A stretch of 64,000 nt of DNA from a virus (lineage: Duplodnaviria; Caudoviricetes), in the IMG/VR virus record IMGVR_UViG_3300032030_002018; one strand, 5' to 3'. The notes beneath the pieces are model-generated. The model was not told the DNA's origin. It made no database searches and saw nothing but the letters and a program-made list of their open reading frames with translations. Below are positions 39,752 to 49,962 of this stretch, piece by piece; the stretch's first letter is position 1, and each line of letters begins with the position of its first letter. The position numbers were made by a program, and so were the translations under genes.

Positions 39752-40211
39752 TCTTATTCTTTCTTTTGGATTCTTTTTCAGCAAGTTTATGCTCCTTCTC
39801 CTCTTCCTCTATCTCTTCCATTACAATCTTAGCCGTTTCAATAAGGTTGATATATTTATCGCCATACTTACTACGCATCCTTAATAACTCACCATATTGG
39901 GAAGAATCTACATTTATCTTGTCCTTCTCACTGTCATACGATACATTGGATAAAGCACCTTCAAGAATCATATTCTTGTATTCATCACTCAGCCTGTCAA
40001 AGGCTTCCTCATATAGGAACATATGAATTGTGTCTTGTTCCTTTGTCAAAAACTCTGTTGTAGCACTTGCCTTACTTACCTTTGCAATAGTGTTAGCCTT
40101 TGTAAGTGACATAACCTTTAGCCTAATTCCGACCTGTGCTAATCCAGTATTCTCAAAAATAAGGTCTGCCAACTTTACATTGGCTTCATCAGTCTTAAAA
40201 ATCTTTGCCAT
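39744..40211 (-). CDS. Phage metallopeptidase-like protein lacking HExxH
   Basis: MFLYEEAFDRLSDEYKNMILEGALSNV resembles ...L+DEQ+.AL+DHEL.H without the histidines. Confidence 0.45.
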   Translation of the reverse strand: MAKIFKTDEANVKLADLIFENTGLAQVGIRLKVMSLTKANTIAKVSKASATTEFLTKEQDTIHMFLYEEAFDRLSDEYKNMILEGALSNVSYDSEKDKINVDSSQYGELLRMRSKYGDKYINLIETAKIVMEEIEEEEKEHKLAEKESKRKNKNA

Positions 40212-40282
40212 AACTTCTAATATTTTTTTAACAAATATATATTTATTTTAGTAGAAAACCAAATAAATCATTAGGAAAAATT

Positions 40283-40969
40283 ATGTCTAAACCAAAGAAA
40301 ATGCTGTATCACATAATCTTGACAAGTTTTGGAAAACAAAAGGAAGATTTATGTTGGGCGGCTTCAGAGAAAAGCATATACAAGAAATTGGACAAGATAA
40401 CAGAACAATGCGGTAAAGTTGTATTCCCATTGAAATATGTAAACACAAAAGCAATAAAACCAGCTGATTTTGAATTACTTGTAATTAAATATAAGGATGA
40501 TGCCAATCAAGTTTCAGAGGTTAAAGATGATTATGGGAGATATGTGAAATACGAATCCAACAGTCCTAATTGGGAAATCATAGACAGAAGACCCTATGAA
40601 AAAGAGGAAACATTCTGGGTATATGGATACAATCCAATACATCAAAGGAAAAACTTTATGTGGATATATAACGAATTTGTCAAGAAGGAGTCTGAAAACA
40701 AATATAACTTCAAAGAGGTTCTTATATTGAAGAATAAGGTTATATTTCACAATGCAGGACATATAGATATGGTCTTATGCAAATGCAAGGAAGACGCAAT
40801 AAGAATGTACAACCTGATTGAGAAAATGGCAACAGAAGACGGAATAAAATATATCGTCTTCAACGGTGAGATAAAACAAGGAAAAATGAGATATAACTGG
40901 TATAGGAAACTAATGGACTTTACAGGTTGGAATCTACGTAAAGTTACAAGATATTGTCTTAGACCATAA
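40283..40969 (+). CDS. Hypothetical protein
   Basis: 228 aa ORF. Confidence 0.7.
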   Translation: MSKPKKMLYHIILTSFGKQKEDLCWAASEKSIYKKLDKITEQCGKVVFPLKYVNTKAIKPADFELLVIKYKDDANQVSEVKDDYGRYVKYESNSPNWEIIDRRPYEKEETFWVYGYNPIHQRKNFMWIYNEFVKKESENKYNFKEVLILKNKVIFHNAGHIDMVLCKCKEDAIRMYNLIEKMATEDGIKYIVFNGEIKQGKMRYNWYRKLMDFTGWNLRKVTRYCLRP

Positions 40970-40986
40970 AACGATACAAAAAAATT

Positions 40987-41100
40987 ATGAATATTAATAA
41001 CATTAACATAATAAGAATTATACGACAAGTCATCAACGAATCAATCATACTTAACGAAGGTGACACCAGATTGAACCAAGTATATAAAATTAGGCGTTAA
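40987..41100 (+). CDS. 37-aa leader-only mini-ORF or remnant (not in ORF track)
   Basis: MNINNINIIRIIRQVINESIILNEGDTRLNQVYKIRR. Confidence 0.45.
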   Translation: MNINNINIIRIIRQVINESIILNEGDTRLNQVYKIRR

Positions 41101-41118
41101 ATTAAAATAACGCCTTTT
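41092..41118 (+). terminator. Hairpin terminator
   Basis: AGGCGTTA...TAACGCCT followed by TTT. Confidence 0.6.
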
Positions 41119-41941
41119 AATAGTTCAATATGATTTCCTTATCATTTGTTATATCCTCTGAATCATTTATCTCTATTTTATATATACCGTAATCTGTGTC
41201 AATATCAACAAACTCAAATGATTTATCCTGAATATTCCATACAACAAATCCGTGTTGTGTTACCTTCTCTCCCATATTCTGCTGTATCAATGACCCAGGA
41301 TATACAATATCTGTATCACCTCTTTTTAGATGCTGTCTCTTATGAATATGTCCAGCCATAACAACATCACACCCTTCAAAGAAATCATCATCAGTACCGG
41401 CATCCAATATGATACCAGAATTTAATGTAGCACCTTTAACTATTCCGTGATATAACCCTACTGTAACATTGTCAGGGTTTTCCCTTATTACATCCTTTAT
41501 ATACGGTCTGTTATATTCGTCGTGTATTGAATACAATACCCAAGTAATATTGTCGTCAATAACCACACCACTTTTGTAATCAAGGAATTTGTCAAGGAAT
41601 ATGGAATTATCAAACTGTGCTGTTTCAAACAACGCGCTTATGGTATCAGTTCTATTGTTGTTATTAACAAGCATATCGTGATTACCACTTATCACGAGAA
41701 CCTTACAGATTTCTTCAAGTCTTCTTATGAAATTACCCATTATGACAAATAGTTCATTTGACACTGTTGTCTTCTGATGCGCAATATCACCACATACGAC
41801 AATTCTCATTTCATCCTTATCATACCCTTGTGACAATTCCTTAATCTTTTCTATTGTCTTACAAATCTGTTCCTCATACTCTTCGTGACGTTGTACATTC
41901 CTTATATGAACGTCACTTATTTGAAAAACCCTCTTTATCAT
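41117..41941 (-). CDS. SbcD/Mre11 (T4 gp47-like) nuclease
   Basis: SDVH, GD..H, GNHD, HG, GHIH, YPGSLIQ. Confidence 0.9.
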   Translation of the reverse strand: MIKRVFQISDVHIRNVQRHEEYEEQICKTIEKIKELSQGYDKDEMRIVVCGDIAHQKTTVSNELFVIMGNFIRRLEEICKVLVISGNHDMLVNNNNRTDTISALFETAQFDNSIFLDKFLDYKSGVVIDDNITWVLYSIHDEYNRPYIKDVIRENPDNVTVGLYHGIVKGATLNSGIILDAGTDDDFFEGCDVVMAGHIHKRQHLKRGDTDIVYPGSLIQQNMGEKVTQHGFVVWNIQDKSFEFVDIDTDYGIYKIEINDSEDITNDKEIILNY

Positions 41942-42945
41942 AGCAAACTCTCTCTAATTTTTGTTGATTTACTCATATGTTCCAATATCAATTTCCTTCC
42001 ACCAATCTCATATATCTTTGACGGGTCAAGTTCATTATCTACTGGAATATATCTTATTTTACCATACAACCTATCACTGTTTAATGTCTTATATAATGTC
42101 TTAACGCTCTCATAAGCGTCTCCGTCAAGGAATATGTTTACATTAGATGAAGCCATCTTTCTTATCTGCCAAAGAAGATAAAACTCATCATTCAGAACCT
42201 TTCCTAATAACGGTATTGAATTTGGAACTACTATATGGTCAAAAGGTCCTTCAACCAGTGTTATATCAGCATCCCACTCAACTTTATTCTCGTTGAATAT
42301 TATGTTTTTCCTCTCAACTTTTGGATTGTAATACTTTTGTCTTTTCTTAATTCCTGTATAATCCCTACCAGTCCAATAATTCAATTCACAACACTTGTCA
42401 TAAGACGGTATCACTATCCTGTTCGACAATATCCTTTTATCTGTATCCTCTCCTATGAACCCAATATCATACTTCTCTATAATATCACGTCCTACACCCC
42501 TGTCAGTAAGATATTTCAAAGCTTTATCATTGTTGTGTTCACTAAATGACTTGAACCCATTTGGAAGCGTTATTTTCTCATTATCAAGGATAATATCGTC
42601 CTTATCAAAGAACATATCATATAACCTACTCTCTTTCAACGACTTGATATTCTCATCAAATTCTCTTAAATGATTTTGATTTCCATATGTTTTTATAAGT
42701 TTCCTTACATTGCCTTTCATATTGGAATCACATTCAGCACTGCATTTCCAACAGTTGAATATCATTCTTCTCAATGATATTGACAGGTTGTATTTGGCGA
42801 TTTCTCCCTGTCCATATTTTTCAATACAGGAAGGGCAAGGATATTCAAGTTGCAATGTGTCGTCAATATCTTGTTTGGGGCTACCCAATATTTCGTCAAG
42901 TATGTTCTTTATCCTAGTAATCTCTATTGGAATCATAGTACGCAA
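41938..42945 (-). CDS. DNA primase (zinc finger + TOPRIM)
   Basis: CPSC...CWKC, YL..RG, RIVIP, GR, KYYNP, VEGPFD, LDGD, DP. Confidence 0.9.
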   Translation of the reverse strand: MRTMIPIEITRIKNILDEILGSPKQDIDDTLQLEYPCPSCIEKYGQGEIAKYNLSISLRRMIFNCWKCSAECDSNMKGNVRKLIKTYGNQNHLREFDENIKSLKESRLYDMFFDKDDIILDNEKITLPNGFKSFSEHNNDKALKYLTDRGVGRDIIEKYDIGFIGEDTDKRILSNRIVIPSYDKCCELNYWTGRDYTGIKKRQKYYNPKVERKNIIFNENKVEWDADITLVEGPFDHIVVPNSIPLLGKVLNDEFYLLWQIRKMASSNVNIFLDGDAYESVKTLYKTLNSDRLYGKIRYIPVDNELDPSKIYEIGGRKLILEHMSKSTKIRESLL

Positions 42946-43151
42946 TGTCCTAATATAACTGAAACATACAGTATTAACATACCAAGAATGAAATAGAACA
43001 ATAACCCTGTATAAACTGACTGTATAAACACTGTTATTATTTTCTCATAATTCTTAAAAGCGAATTTTTTGTCTTTTTCTTTAAAAAATAATAGAAAAAA
43101 ACATTGTATAATTGCAAAAACAGCAAAAAATGTTATAAAAATTTTCATCAT
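42933..43151 (-). CDS. Small membrane protein
   Basis: Two TM segments. Confidence 0.5.
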   Translation of the reverse strand: MMKIFITFFAVFAIIQCFFLLFFKEKDKKFAFKNYEKIITVFIQSVYTGLLFYFILGMLILYVSVILGHCVL

Positions 43152-43221
43152 AATATTTTTTGTTTAAAGATATATTTTTATTTTCTAAAAACCAAACTAT
43201 TTATATTAAAAAAACATAGAT

Positions 43222-43434
43222 ATGGATGAAAAAAAGAAAATATATGACAGTGATTTACTATATATGATGATAGAACGCATTGACCACGATATATTTGCGT
43301 GGGGACAATGCGCTCGCTATGCGATAAGGGAAGGCTATCTTGTAGAAAATGATGGCTTCACTATTGATTTGAAGGAAATTGAAGAGAAAAACAACTGTCC
43401 TGAACCGGATGGTATGTGGATGGCTGAAATTTAA
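43222..43434 (+). CDS. Hypothetical protein
   Basis: 70 aa; CTATTTAT upstream. Confidence 0.6.
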   Translation: MDEKKKIYDSDLLYMMIERIDHDIFAWGQCARYAIREGYLVENDGFTIDLKEIEEKNNCPEPDGMWMAEI

Positions 43435-44195
43435 AAGAACATTTTTCTGTTAATCTTATTGTTCCAGAAGGTAACTTCGAATTCAACAAATTCTTCTTTC
43501 TCATTTATATTCAGCGATTTGAATTTCGGCTCTCCGTTTTTCTCTTTATGTATTTCACCAAGGCAAGCTACGTATGCGTCAACCGCATCGTAGTTTTCCT
43601 TTTTTAATTCCCCTGACTTATCATAAAGCCAAGGTATCTCAGGGAATATCTTCGCAACTTTCTGTTGGAGTATTGTTTTCTTGTCGGTACACCAAGGATA
43701 TTCTCCGAACAAAACAAATTTGTTCTTTCTTATATTGTTGACAATTTTGTCTTTCGGATATTTCTCATCATCCCTGTGATATTTTCTTGGAGACATAAGC
43801 TCAGGGAACGAATACTTCCTGGCATCATAACTTGATATGTATATTGGAACAATATTCAATATGTCATATATACAGCTTGACACCATACCGTTGAATCGCA
43901 ATAAAGTTGACACAGTTACAGCGTTGTTGCTTTGTATCAAAGGTTCTTCTATTATAACCTTTGTTATACCCATATCCTTGTACTTGGATATGAATTCCTC
44001 AAATATCTTTTTCTTGACAAATAACTGTTCATTTACATCCTTGATTTTATTAGGTACTTTTGGCTTAATATGAGTCAATTCTATAATCTTACCGTACTCA
44101 GAACCGTCATCGTATAACAAACAAACACCAATACACGATGTACTAACGTCTAGTCCTAAGTATATATTATTGTTATTCTTAATATTATCCATCAT
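43431..44195 (-). CDS. RuvC-like Holliday junction resolvase
   Basis: LGLDVSTSCIG, IIEEP, YDAVDAY. Confidence 0.8.
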   Translation of the reverse strand: MMDNIKNNNNIYLGLDVSTSCIGVCLLYDDGSEYGKIIELTHIKPKVPNKIKDVNEQLFVKKKIFEEFISKYKDMGITKVIIEEPLIQSNNAVTVSTLLRFNGMVSSCIYDILNIVPIYISSYDARKYSFPELMSPRKYHRDDEKYPKDKIVNNIRKNKFVLFGEYPWCTDKKTILQQKVAKIFPEIPWLYDKSGELKKENYDAVDAYVACLGEIHKEKNGEPKFKSLNINEKEEFVEFEVTFWNNKINRKMFF

Positions 44196-44333
44196 ATATA
44201 TTATTAATATTGTTATTCCGGTTAATATTATCCGGACGTTTTATATAAAATATATTATTATATGTAAAAAAGTGAATGAAATTTTTGGTTTTTTAAAATA
44301 TTTTATATATATTTCTTAAAATTTCTAAAAATA

Positions 44334-44657
44334 ATGAAAAATTTAGATGAATTAATTAAGGAATATTGTTCATTGAATAATCTGAAATACCGTGAGTTTA
44401 AGGAAAAATGCCTTGAAACTGGATTTAACATAATAAGATTCGGAAATTCTCCAATAGAGAAATTCAGGATGGAAAAAATGATTGAGAGAAATGATACAGA
44501 AGAAAAACCTAGAACAGTTGTTAAAGTCGAGGAAAGAACAGAAGACAACAAAGATATCGGAAAAAAAGAAGAAGAAATCAAACGAGTTGAAAAAGATGAT
44601 GTCAAGGTAAAAGAAGATAACAAACCAAAAAAGAGAGTCAGAATACTGAAAAAATAA
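44334..44657 (+). CDS. Hypothetical charged protein
   Basis: 107 aa; stop abuts the sbcC-like start (TAATG). Confidence 0.65.
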   Translation: MKNLDELIKEYCSLNNLKYREFKEKCLETGFNIIRFGNSPIEKFRMEKMIERNDTEEKPRTVVKVEERTEDNKDIGKKEEEIKRVEKDDVKVKEDNKPKKRVRILKK

Positions 44658-47038
44658 TGAAGAAACTAAAAGATAAATCAAAGGCAATAATATGTTGGAA
44701 TGTATCTCCATATGACTATTCCAACGACAAGGTGCGTGATATCATATCAATAGCTTCATCAAAATACGGATTACCAAAATCATCAATCAAGGTGATACCT
44801 CAATTCACAACACAAGACAAGGATGGAAAGGATGTCACAATAACAAGCGATATAACGTCAAATATACAAAATCCTGATTTCCAAAAGAAGTTGTTTAGAG
44901 AATACATTGATATTAATAAAATTGAGGGGTATGATTGGGATTTGATATGCGGTATTGACGATGATATCAATAACAATATAAATTATTCTGTATACGATAA
45001 ATACAGGAGATATAAGATTAAATGGGTAAAATGGAGTAATTTCCTTTCATATGGAAGTGATAATTTCCTTGATTTCTCCAATATGAGAGGTCTTGTATTG
45101 CTTAATGGTAGAAATCAAAGTGGAAAGACAACACTCGCATTAGACTTGATTAGATTCCTGTTATTCGGCAGTATAACGAAATACCAAACACAGGACAAGA
45201 TATTCAACAAGTTTATACCAGAGGCAACATCAGTAACTGTTGAGGGGTGTATATGCGTTGACGATGAGGATTATGTCATTAAAAGGACGTTATCGAGACC
45301 TTCTCTTAATAAGAGAACAGCAAAGAGCAGGGTGAGTCAGAAAGTTGAGTATTTCAAGATTGTAGGTGATAATGTTGAGGAACTTGAAGACTACACTGAA
45401 AATAAACAGGAAGATTCAACGAAAAATACAAATAAGAGAATAAAGGAAGTTATTGGTATTGAAGACGATTTCGACCTTGTTATGTCTGTAACAGACGCAT
45501 CACTTGATTCATTGATAGAAAAGAAAGATACTGAGAGAGGTAGATTATTCTCACGATGGATTGGGTTATTACCAATAGAAGAAAAGGGTGTCATCGCAAG
45601 AGAGAAATTCAATCAATCAATAAAACCTTCATTGTTGTCAAACAAATACAACATAGAAGACCTGAATAACGAAATAACAACAATAGCAACCAACATTAAT
45701 GATATTCTTGAACGTAACAGTGTAATACATAATAAGATAAACAATATAACAAAGGAAATCAATAAATTAGAAAGGAAGAAGGAAAAACTTCTTTTATCAA
45801 AACAAAACATTGATAATGAATTACTTAAAATTGATATTACAACTCTTAACAGGTCTATTGAAGATGTAACGGCATTAGGCAAGAGAAAGAAAGAGGAATT
45901 GGATGCTGTTGTAAAAGAGATTGATTATATTGGCGATATTGATTTCTCAATTGAAGACTATGACAATATCATATCAAAGACAAATGATATGAATGTCGAT
46001 AAGAGTGTTATGGCAGAGAAATACAAGTTGTTGTCTATGAGTATCAATGAATTGAAGAACAGCGAATACTGTCCTACTTGTGGAAGGAAATTCGATAATA
46101 TTGACAACAGTAAGAAAATATCAGAAATAGAGGCTGAATTGGAAACAATCAAAAATAAAGGAATTGAGTTAAAGAAACAGATTGATTCAAATAATTCCCT
46201 GATTGAGTCTATGAAAGTAAAGAGGGAACAGTATTACAGGAAAGGAAACCTTACAGTTCAAAAGTCCGCGTATGAACTTAATATTGAACAACTTAGGAAC
46301 AGACTGATTGAACTAAGGAATACCCTAAAAGAATACAATAAGAATAGTGACGCTATTGATGCCAACAATAAACTTGATATTGAAATTGCAAATGTTGATA
46401 TATTATTAAACAACAAAAGAGAAGAAAAAACACTCAATGAAAAATATATAATAAACAATGAGTCCACAATATCATTGTATAAAGAAGAAATATCAAGGAG
46501 GGAAGATATTATCAATGAAATAAACAAGGAGGTAGAATTAGTCAAGAACTGGAAAATTTACCTTGATATGGTTGGAAAGAACGGTATATCTAAGATGGTT
46601 TTAAGAAAGACATTGCCAATTATAAACGCAAGGTTATCACAACTTCTTAATGATGTATGCGACTTTGATGTTGAGGTAAGGATGAATGACAAGAATGAGG
46701 TGTCGTTCAATATAATCAAGGATGGTGTTCTTTCTGATTTAAGTGGTGGTAGTGGATTTGAGAAAACAGCGTCTTCATTGGCTTTAAGAGCTGTGTTGGC
46801 TGATATATCCACAATACCAAAATCGTCATTCATACTGTTTGATGAGATACTTGGAAGAGTTGATGAGGAGAATTACGATAATATGCATAACTTATTCAAC
46901 AAGATACTCACAGGATATGATTTCATAATATCAGTGAACCATATAAAGGAATGTAAGGACTGGTTCAATAAGATTATAAATGTTACAAAGAAAGACAACA
47001 TATCGGTTGTTGAGATAGATAATAGAGAAAATGTTTAA
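44657..47038 (+). CDS. SbcC/Rad50 (T4 gp46-like) ATPase
   Basis: WSNFLSYG, GRNQSGKTT, coiled coil with CPTC zinc hook, SGFE, FDE, NH. Confidence 0.93.
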   Translation: MKKLKDKSKAIICWNVSPYDYSNDKVRDIISIASSKYGLPKSSIKVIPQFTTQDKDGKDVTITSDITSNIQNPDFQKKLFREYIDINKIEGYDWDLICGIDDDINNNINYSVYDKYRRYKIKWVKWSNFLSYGSDNFLDFSNMRGLVLLNGRNQSGKTTLALDLIRFLLFGSITKYQTQDKIFNKFIPEATSVTVEGCICVDDEDYVIKRTLSRPSLNKRTAKSRVSQKVEYFKIVGDNVEELEDYTENKQEDSTKNTNKRIKEVIGIEDDFDLVMSVTDASLDSLIEKKDTERGRLFSRWIGLLPIEEKGVIAREKFNQSIKPSLLSNKYNIEDLNNEITTIATNINDILERNSVIHNKINNITKEINKLERKKEKLLLSKQNIDNELLKIDITTLNRSIEDVTALGKRKKEELDAVVKEIDYIGDIDFSIEDYDNIISKTNDMNVDKSVMAEKYKLLSMSINELKNSEYCPTCGRKFDNIDNSKKISEIEAELETIKNKGIELKKQIDSNNSLIESMKVKREQYYRKGNLTVQKSAYELNIEQLRNRLIELRNTLKEYNKNSDAIDANNKLDIEIANVDILLNNKREEKTLNEKYIINNESTISLYKEEISRREDIINEINKEVELVKNWKIYLDMVGKNGISKMVLRKTLPIINARLSQLLNDVCDFDVEVRMNDKNEVSFNIIKDGVLSDLSGGSGFEKTASSLALRAVLADISTIPKSSFILFDEILGRVDEENYDNMHNLFNKILTGYDFIISVNHIKECKDWFNKIINVTKKDNISVVEIDNRENV

Positions 47039-47046
47039 CCTTTTAA

Positions 47047-47769
47047 ATGAGCGATTATGTAAATGATTTCAATGAATGTGTAAAATATTATTTCGAAGAA
47101 TTGAAGAAATACAAGCCGTTGAAACGAGAGGAAGAGAGAGAATTTATAATAAAGGCTAAAAATGGGGATATTGAAGCAAGGAATAAAGTGATATCATCGA
47201 ACCTGAGGTTTGTTTTTGAAATGGCTAAAAGATACAAGGGTTCAGGAATATCAATAGACGAACTTATTGCAGAAGGCAATCTTGGAATGATGAAAGCAAT
47301 TGATAAGTTCAATGTTGACTATGATATAAAATTCTACTCATATGCCGTATGGTGGATTAAGCAGTATATGAAATCAGCCATAAAGAAGAATATGGAGAAA
47401 AGCAACATTGAAGGCAATGAAGACGAAATTGCTCACAGTATCATAAGCAATACAATTCCTGATGATGAAGACGAAAAAGTCAACAAGTCAGAAACCATAA
47501 TGTCAAATGAAGAAGACGAATACAACGCTGAATTAGAAGCGAACAAAAAGGTTGTTGTTGAGAATTTATTGGTGAAACTTGATGATAGAGAAAGAGTCAT
47601 AATAGAAAATTATTATGGAATAAACGGCAAAAAAGAAAAAAACCTTGAAGAAATAGGAGTTATGTTAGACATAAGCAAAGAGAGGGTAAGACAAATAAAA
47701 ATGTCTTCAATAAAGAAAATGAGATGCGAGATACTCACTATGGACAAGGCTGAATTTATGTTTACCTGA
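47047..47769 (+). CDS. Second sigma70-family factor (short region 3)
   Basis: SNLRFV, ELIAEGNLG, KFYSYAVWWIKQ, LEEIG...SKERVRQI. Confidence 0.93.
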   Translation: MSDYVNDFNECVKYYFEELKKYKPLKREEEREFIIKAKNGDIEARNKVISSNLRFVFEMAKRYKGSGISIDELIAEGNLGMMKAIDKFNVDYDIKFYSYAVWWIKQYMKSAIKKNMEKSNIEGNEDEIAHSIISNTIPDDEDEKVNKSETIMSNEEDEYNAELEANKKVVVENLLVKLDDRERVIIENYYGINGKKEKNLEEIGVMLDISKERVRQIKMSSIKKMRCEILTMDKAEFMFT

Positions 47770-47791
47770 TATTTATATTTAAAATAATCAT

Positions 47792-48157
47792 ATGGAAGAG
47801 AAAAAGAAACCTGGAAGACCAAAAAAGAATGCTGACAAGAAGAAAACAGTAAAAGTGTCAGCGAAAAAGAATGTGGTAGTAAAAGAAACAAATGTTGAAC
47901 CAATATCACTTTCAACAAGCGAAGTTGAAGAAATAAAGAATGAATCCACAGGAAAAACACTTGAAACAAATCCTGTATATAATTCATTAGTATCAAAAGA
48001 AGAAGAAACAGTTAAAGTTGAGAGTGAAGTAAATGAAATATCTGGGGAAAATAAAACTGAGCCAGATAAAAAAGAAGAAATAAATGAAATAAGCCATAAA
48101 AACAAGAGAGTGTATTTCACTTCTGTTTGGAATGGCATTGAAATGGATTCATATTAA
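47792..48157 (+). CDS. Hypothetical K/E-rich protein
   Basis: KKKPGRPKK AT-hook-like start; ATATTTAT upstream. Confidence 0.65.
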   Translation: MEEKKKPGRPKKNADKKKTVKVSAKKNVVVKETNVEPISLSTSEVEEIKNESTGKTLETNPVYNSLVSKEEETVKVESEVNEISGENKTEPDKKEEINEISHKNKRVYFTSVWNGIEMDSY

Positions 48158-48160
48158 AAA

Positions 48161-49459
48161 ATGGCAATCAAGAAGAAAAACAATATCGACTTTACAAGGA
48201 AAATGTTAGAAAGAATAAGGTTAGTCAATGAAGTGAAATTCACTAACAGTCCTTTACTAACAGAGGAAAATGGTTTCGTTATAAAGAAAAACGACACTAA
48301 ATTTGGTAATATACGACAATCACAGGAAGAACAGTTGCGACAAACCATTGGAGACGTTGAACTTGATGATGATGGTGTTGTGTTTTTCCCTGATAACAGC
48401 AATATCGTGCTTAACGGTTATATCAAGGGTATGAATGTTAAGTTCCAATTTAAATATAACGACCAGTCAGGTGATGGATGTTATATAACTGGCGCAGATG
48501 TGCAAATGACAGACTCAAATACAAAGACATTGCAAAAGATTAGGGCGGCTTATGAGAATTGGAAAACATCATTAGACCAAGACGCTACGATTATCAGAGA
48601 CCTTGAAAACGCTGTTAAAAATAATAATAACAACGTTTCAGAATCATCAATTGATAATAGACGAATTATTAAAGAGGAATTTAGGAGGAGACACAGTAAA
48701 GCGCATTCAATTAAAGAAGATGTTATGGCAAGATTTTACAACATCACTACAAACAGAAATAAACCTGTTTTAGTTGAAGGTGTTACTATAGACCGAATAA
48801 TAAAGAAACACGGAGATAAAGGACTTGTAATTGTTAGTGCCAACAGAAGCGATATGGATAGTGATTATAATGACAATAAAACCAGGGAATTAATTCACGA
48901 TATAAAAGATTCAGGATATTCGTATTTACCAGTATATGGCGGCTACCGTGGAACTGATGGAGTTGAAGACGATTACGAACCTTCATTTATAATATTCAAT
49001 TACGACAATAATGGAGATGAAAGAGATTTTGATGAATTACGTGATTTTGCTTTATATTGCTGTGGTAAATTCAACCAAAATTCAGTATTGATTAAAGCAC
49101 CGTCAACGCCTCCAATATATGTTAACAAAGAAGGAAACAAGGTGAATTCTAAAGAAAGCGATGAAGTTATAAAGAATGACCCAAAACAGCAATTTTTTTC
49201 TTCTCTAAAATCAAAAGAAGATGTTGACAACGAAATAAGAGAAAAACTTATGGGAAAGTACAAGACATTTTGCCATATAAGTAATATACCTGTAACTAAA
49301 AGCGGATTTGAGAAATTTTGCAAAGAAAACCTTACTAATATTGATAGTATCGGTAAAAGATGGACTTATGACATACAGTTTGAATGTTACGTCAATCCAA
49401 TGCCTTGCCAATTATCAGAAAGAATGAGGAGAAAAGGCGAGATTATGATTTGGGATTAA
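48161..49459 (+). CDS. Two-domain phage protein (C-terminal domain DUF3293-like)
   Basis: LVNE / LTEE / LVE sites; poly-N linker; IVSANR...L..DI...GY...GGY....E.SF...GKFNQNSVL. Confidence 0.6.
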   Translation: MAIKKKNNIDFTRKMLERIRLVNEVKFTNSPLLTEENGFVIKKNDTKFGNIRQSQEEQLRQTIGDVELDDDGVVFFPDNSNIVLNGYIKGMNVKFQFKYNDQSGDGCYITGADVQMTDSNTKTLQKIRAAYENWKTSLDQDATIIRDLENAVKNNNNNVSESSIDNRRIIKEEFRRRHSKAHSIKEDVMARFYNITTNRNKPVLVEGVTIDRIIKKHGDKGLVIVSANRSDMDSDYNDNKTRELIHDIKDSGYSYLPVYGGYRGTDGVEDDYEPSFIIFNYDNNGDERDFDELRDFALYCCGKFNQNSVLIKAPSTPPIYVNKEGNKVNSKESDEVIKNDPKQQFFSSLKSKEDVDNEIREKLMGKYKTFCHISNIPVTKSGFEKFCKENLTNIDSIGKRWTYDIQFECYVNPMPCQLSERMRRKGEIMIWD

Positions 49460-49728
49460 ACATTATAATCTGTTGGTTTTCTTATATTTATAACCAAATT
49501 ATCAAACTTAACGATAATTACATTATCGGACGGTACGAATTCGTTACCGTCCTTTTTTTCATTTAATCTGTAAAACAAATCCTCATCTATTTTTGAAAAT
49601 GATTCATTGTCAACAGTTATTGATAATGTGTTCCCACTTGAATAAACCCCATCTGCCCTAAGTTTTTCTGAAACAAGTTTTCCAAGTTCATATATATTAT
49701 AAGCTGTCAATTTTAAATCGCTTTTCAT
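49456..49728 (-). CDS. Hypothetical protein
   Basis: 90 aa ORF. Confidence 0.6.
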   Translation of the reverse strand: MKSDLKLTAYNIYELGKLVSEKLRADGVYSSGNTLSITVDNESFSKIDEDLFYRLNEKKDGNEFVPSDNVIIVKFDNLVINIRKPTDYNV

Positions 49729-49731
49729 TTC

Positions 49732-49962
49732 TTAAAACATCCTTAATATCTTATCTATAAAATACCTTGTTCTCTCCCTTAAAGACAGTTTCACCTTTTT
49801 TCTTCCACTTAACACATCATCAATGTCGTTACCAAGTTCTCCCCTCAACCTTTCAGCATACATATTCCTGGTTGATTCCAACATCTTCTTGGATATGTTT
49901 CTGTCACTCTTTAAAAGTTCAAGTTCAACTCCAACTGTTGCTCCTTCTTGTAATTCCTCCAT
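49732..49962 (-). CDS. Hypothetical protein
   Basis: 76 aa ORF. Confidence 0.6.
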   Translation of the reverse strand: MEELQEGATVGVELELLKSDRNISKKMLESTRNMYAERLRGELGNDIDDVLSGRKKVKLSLRERTRYFIDKILRMF

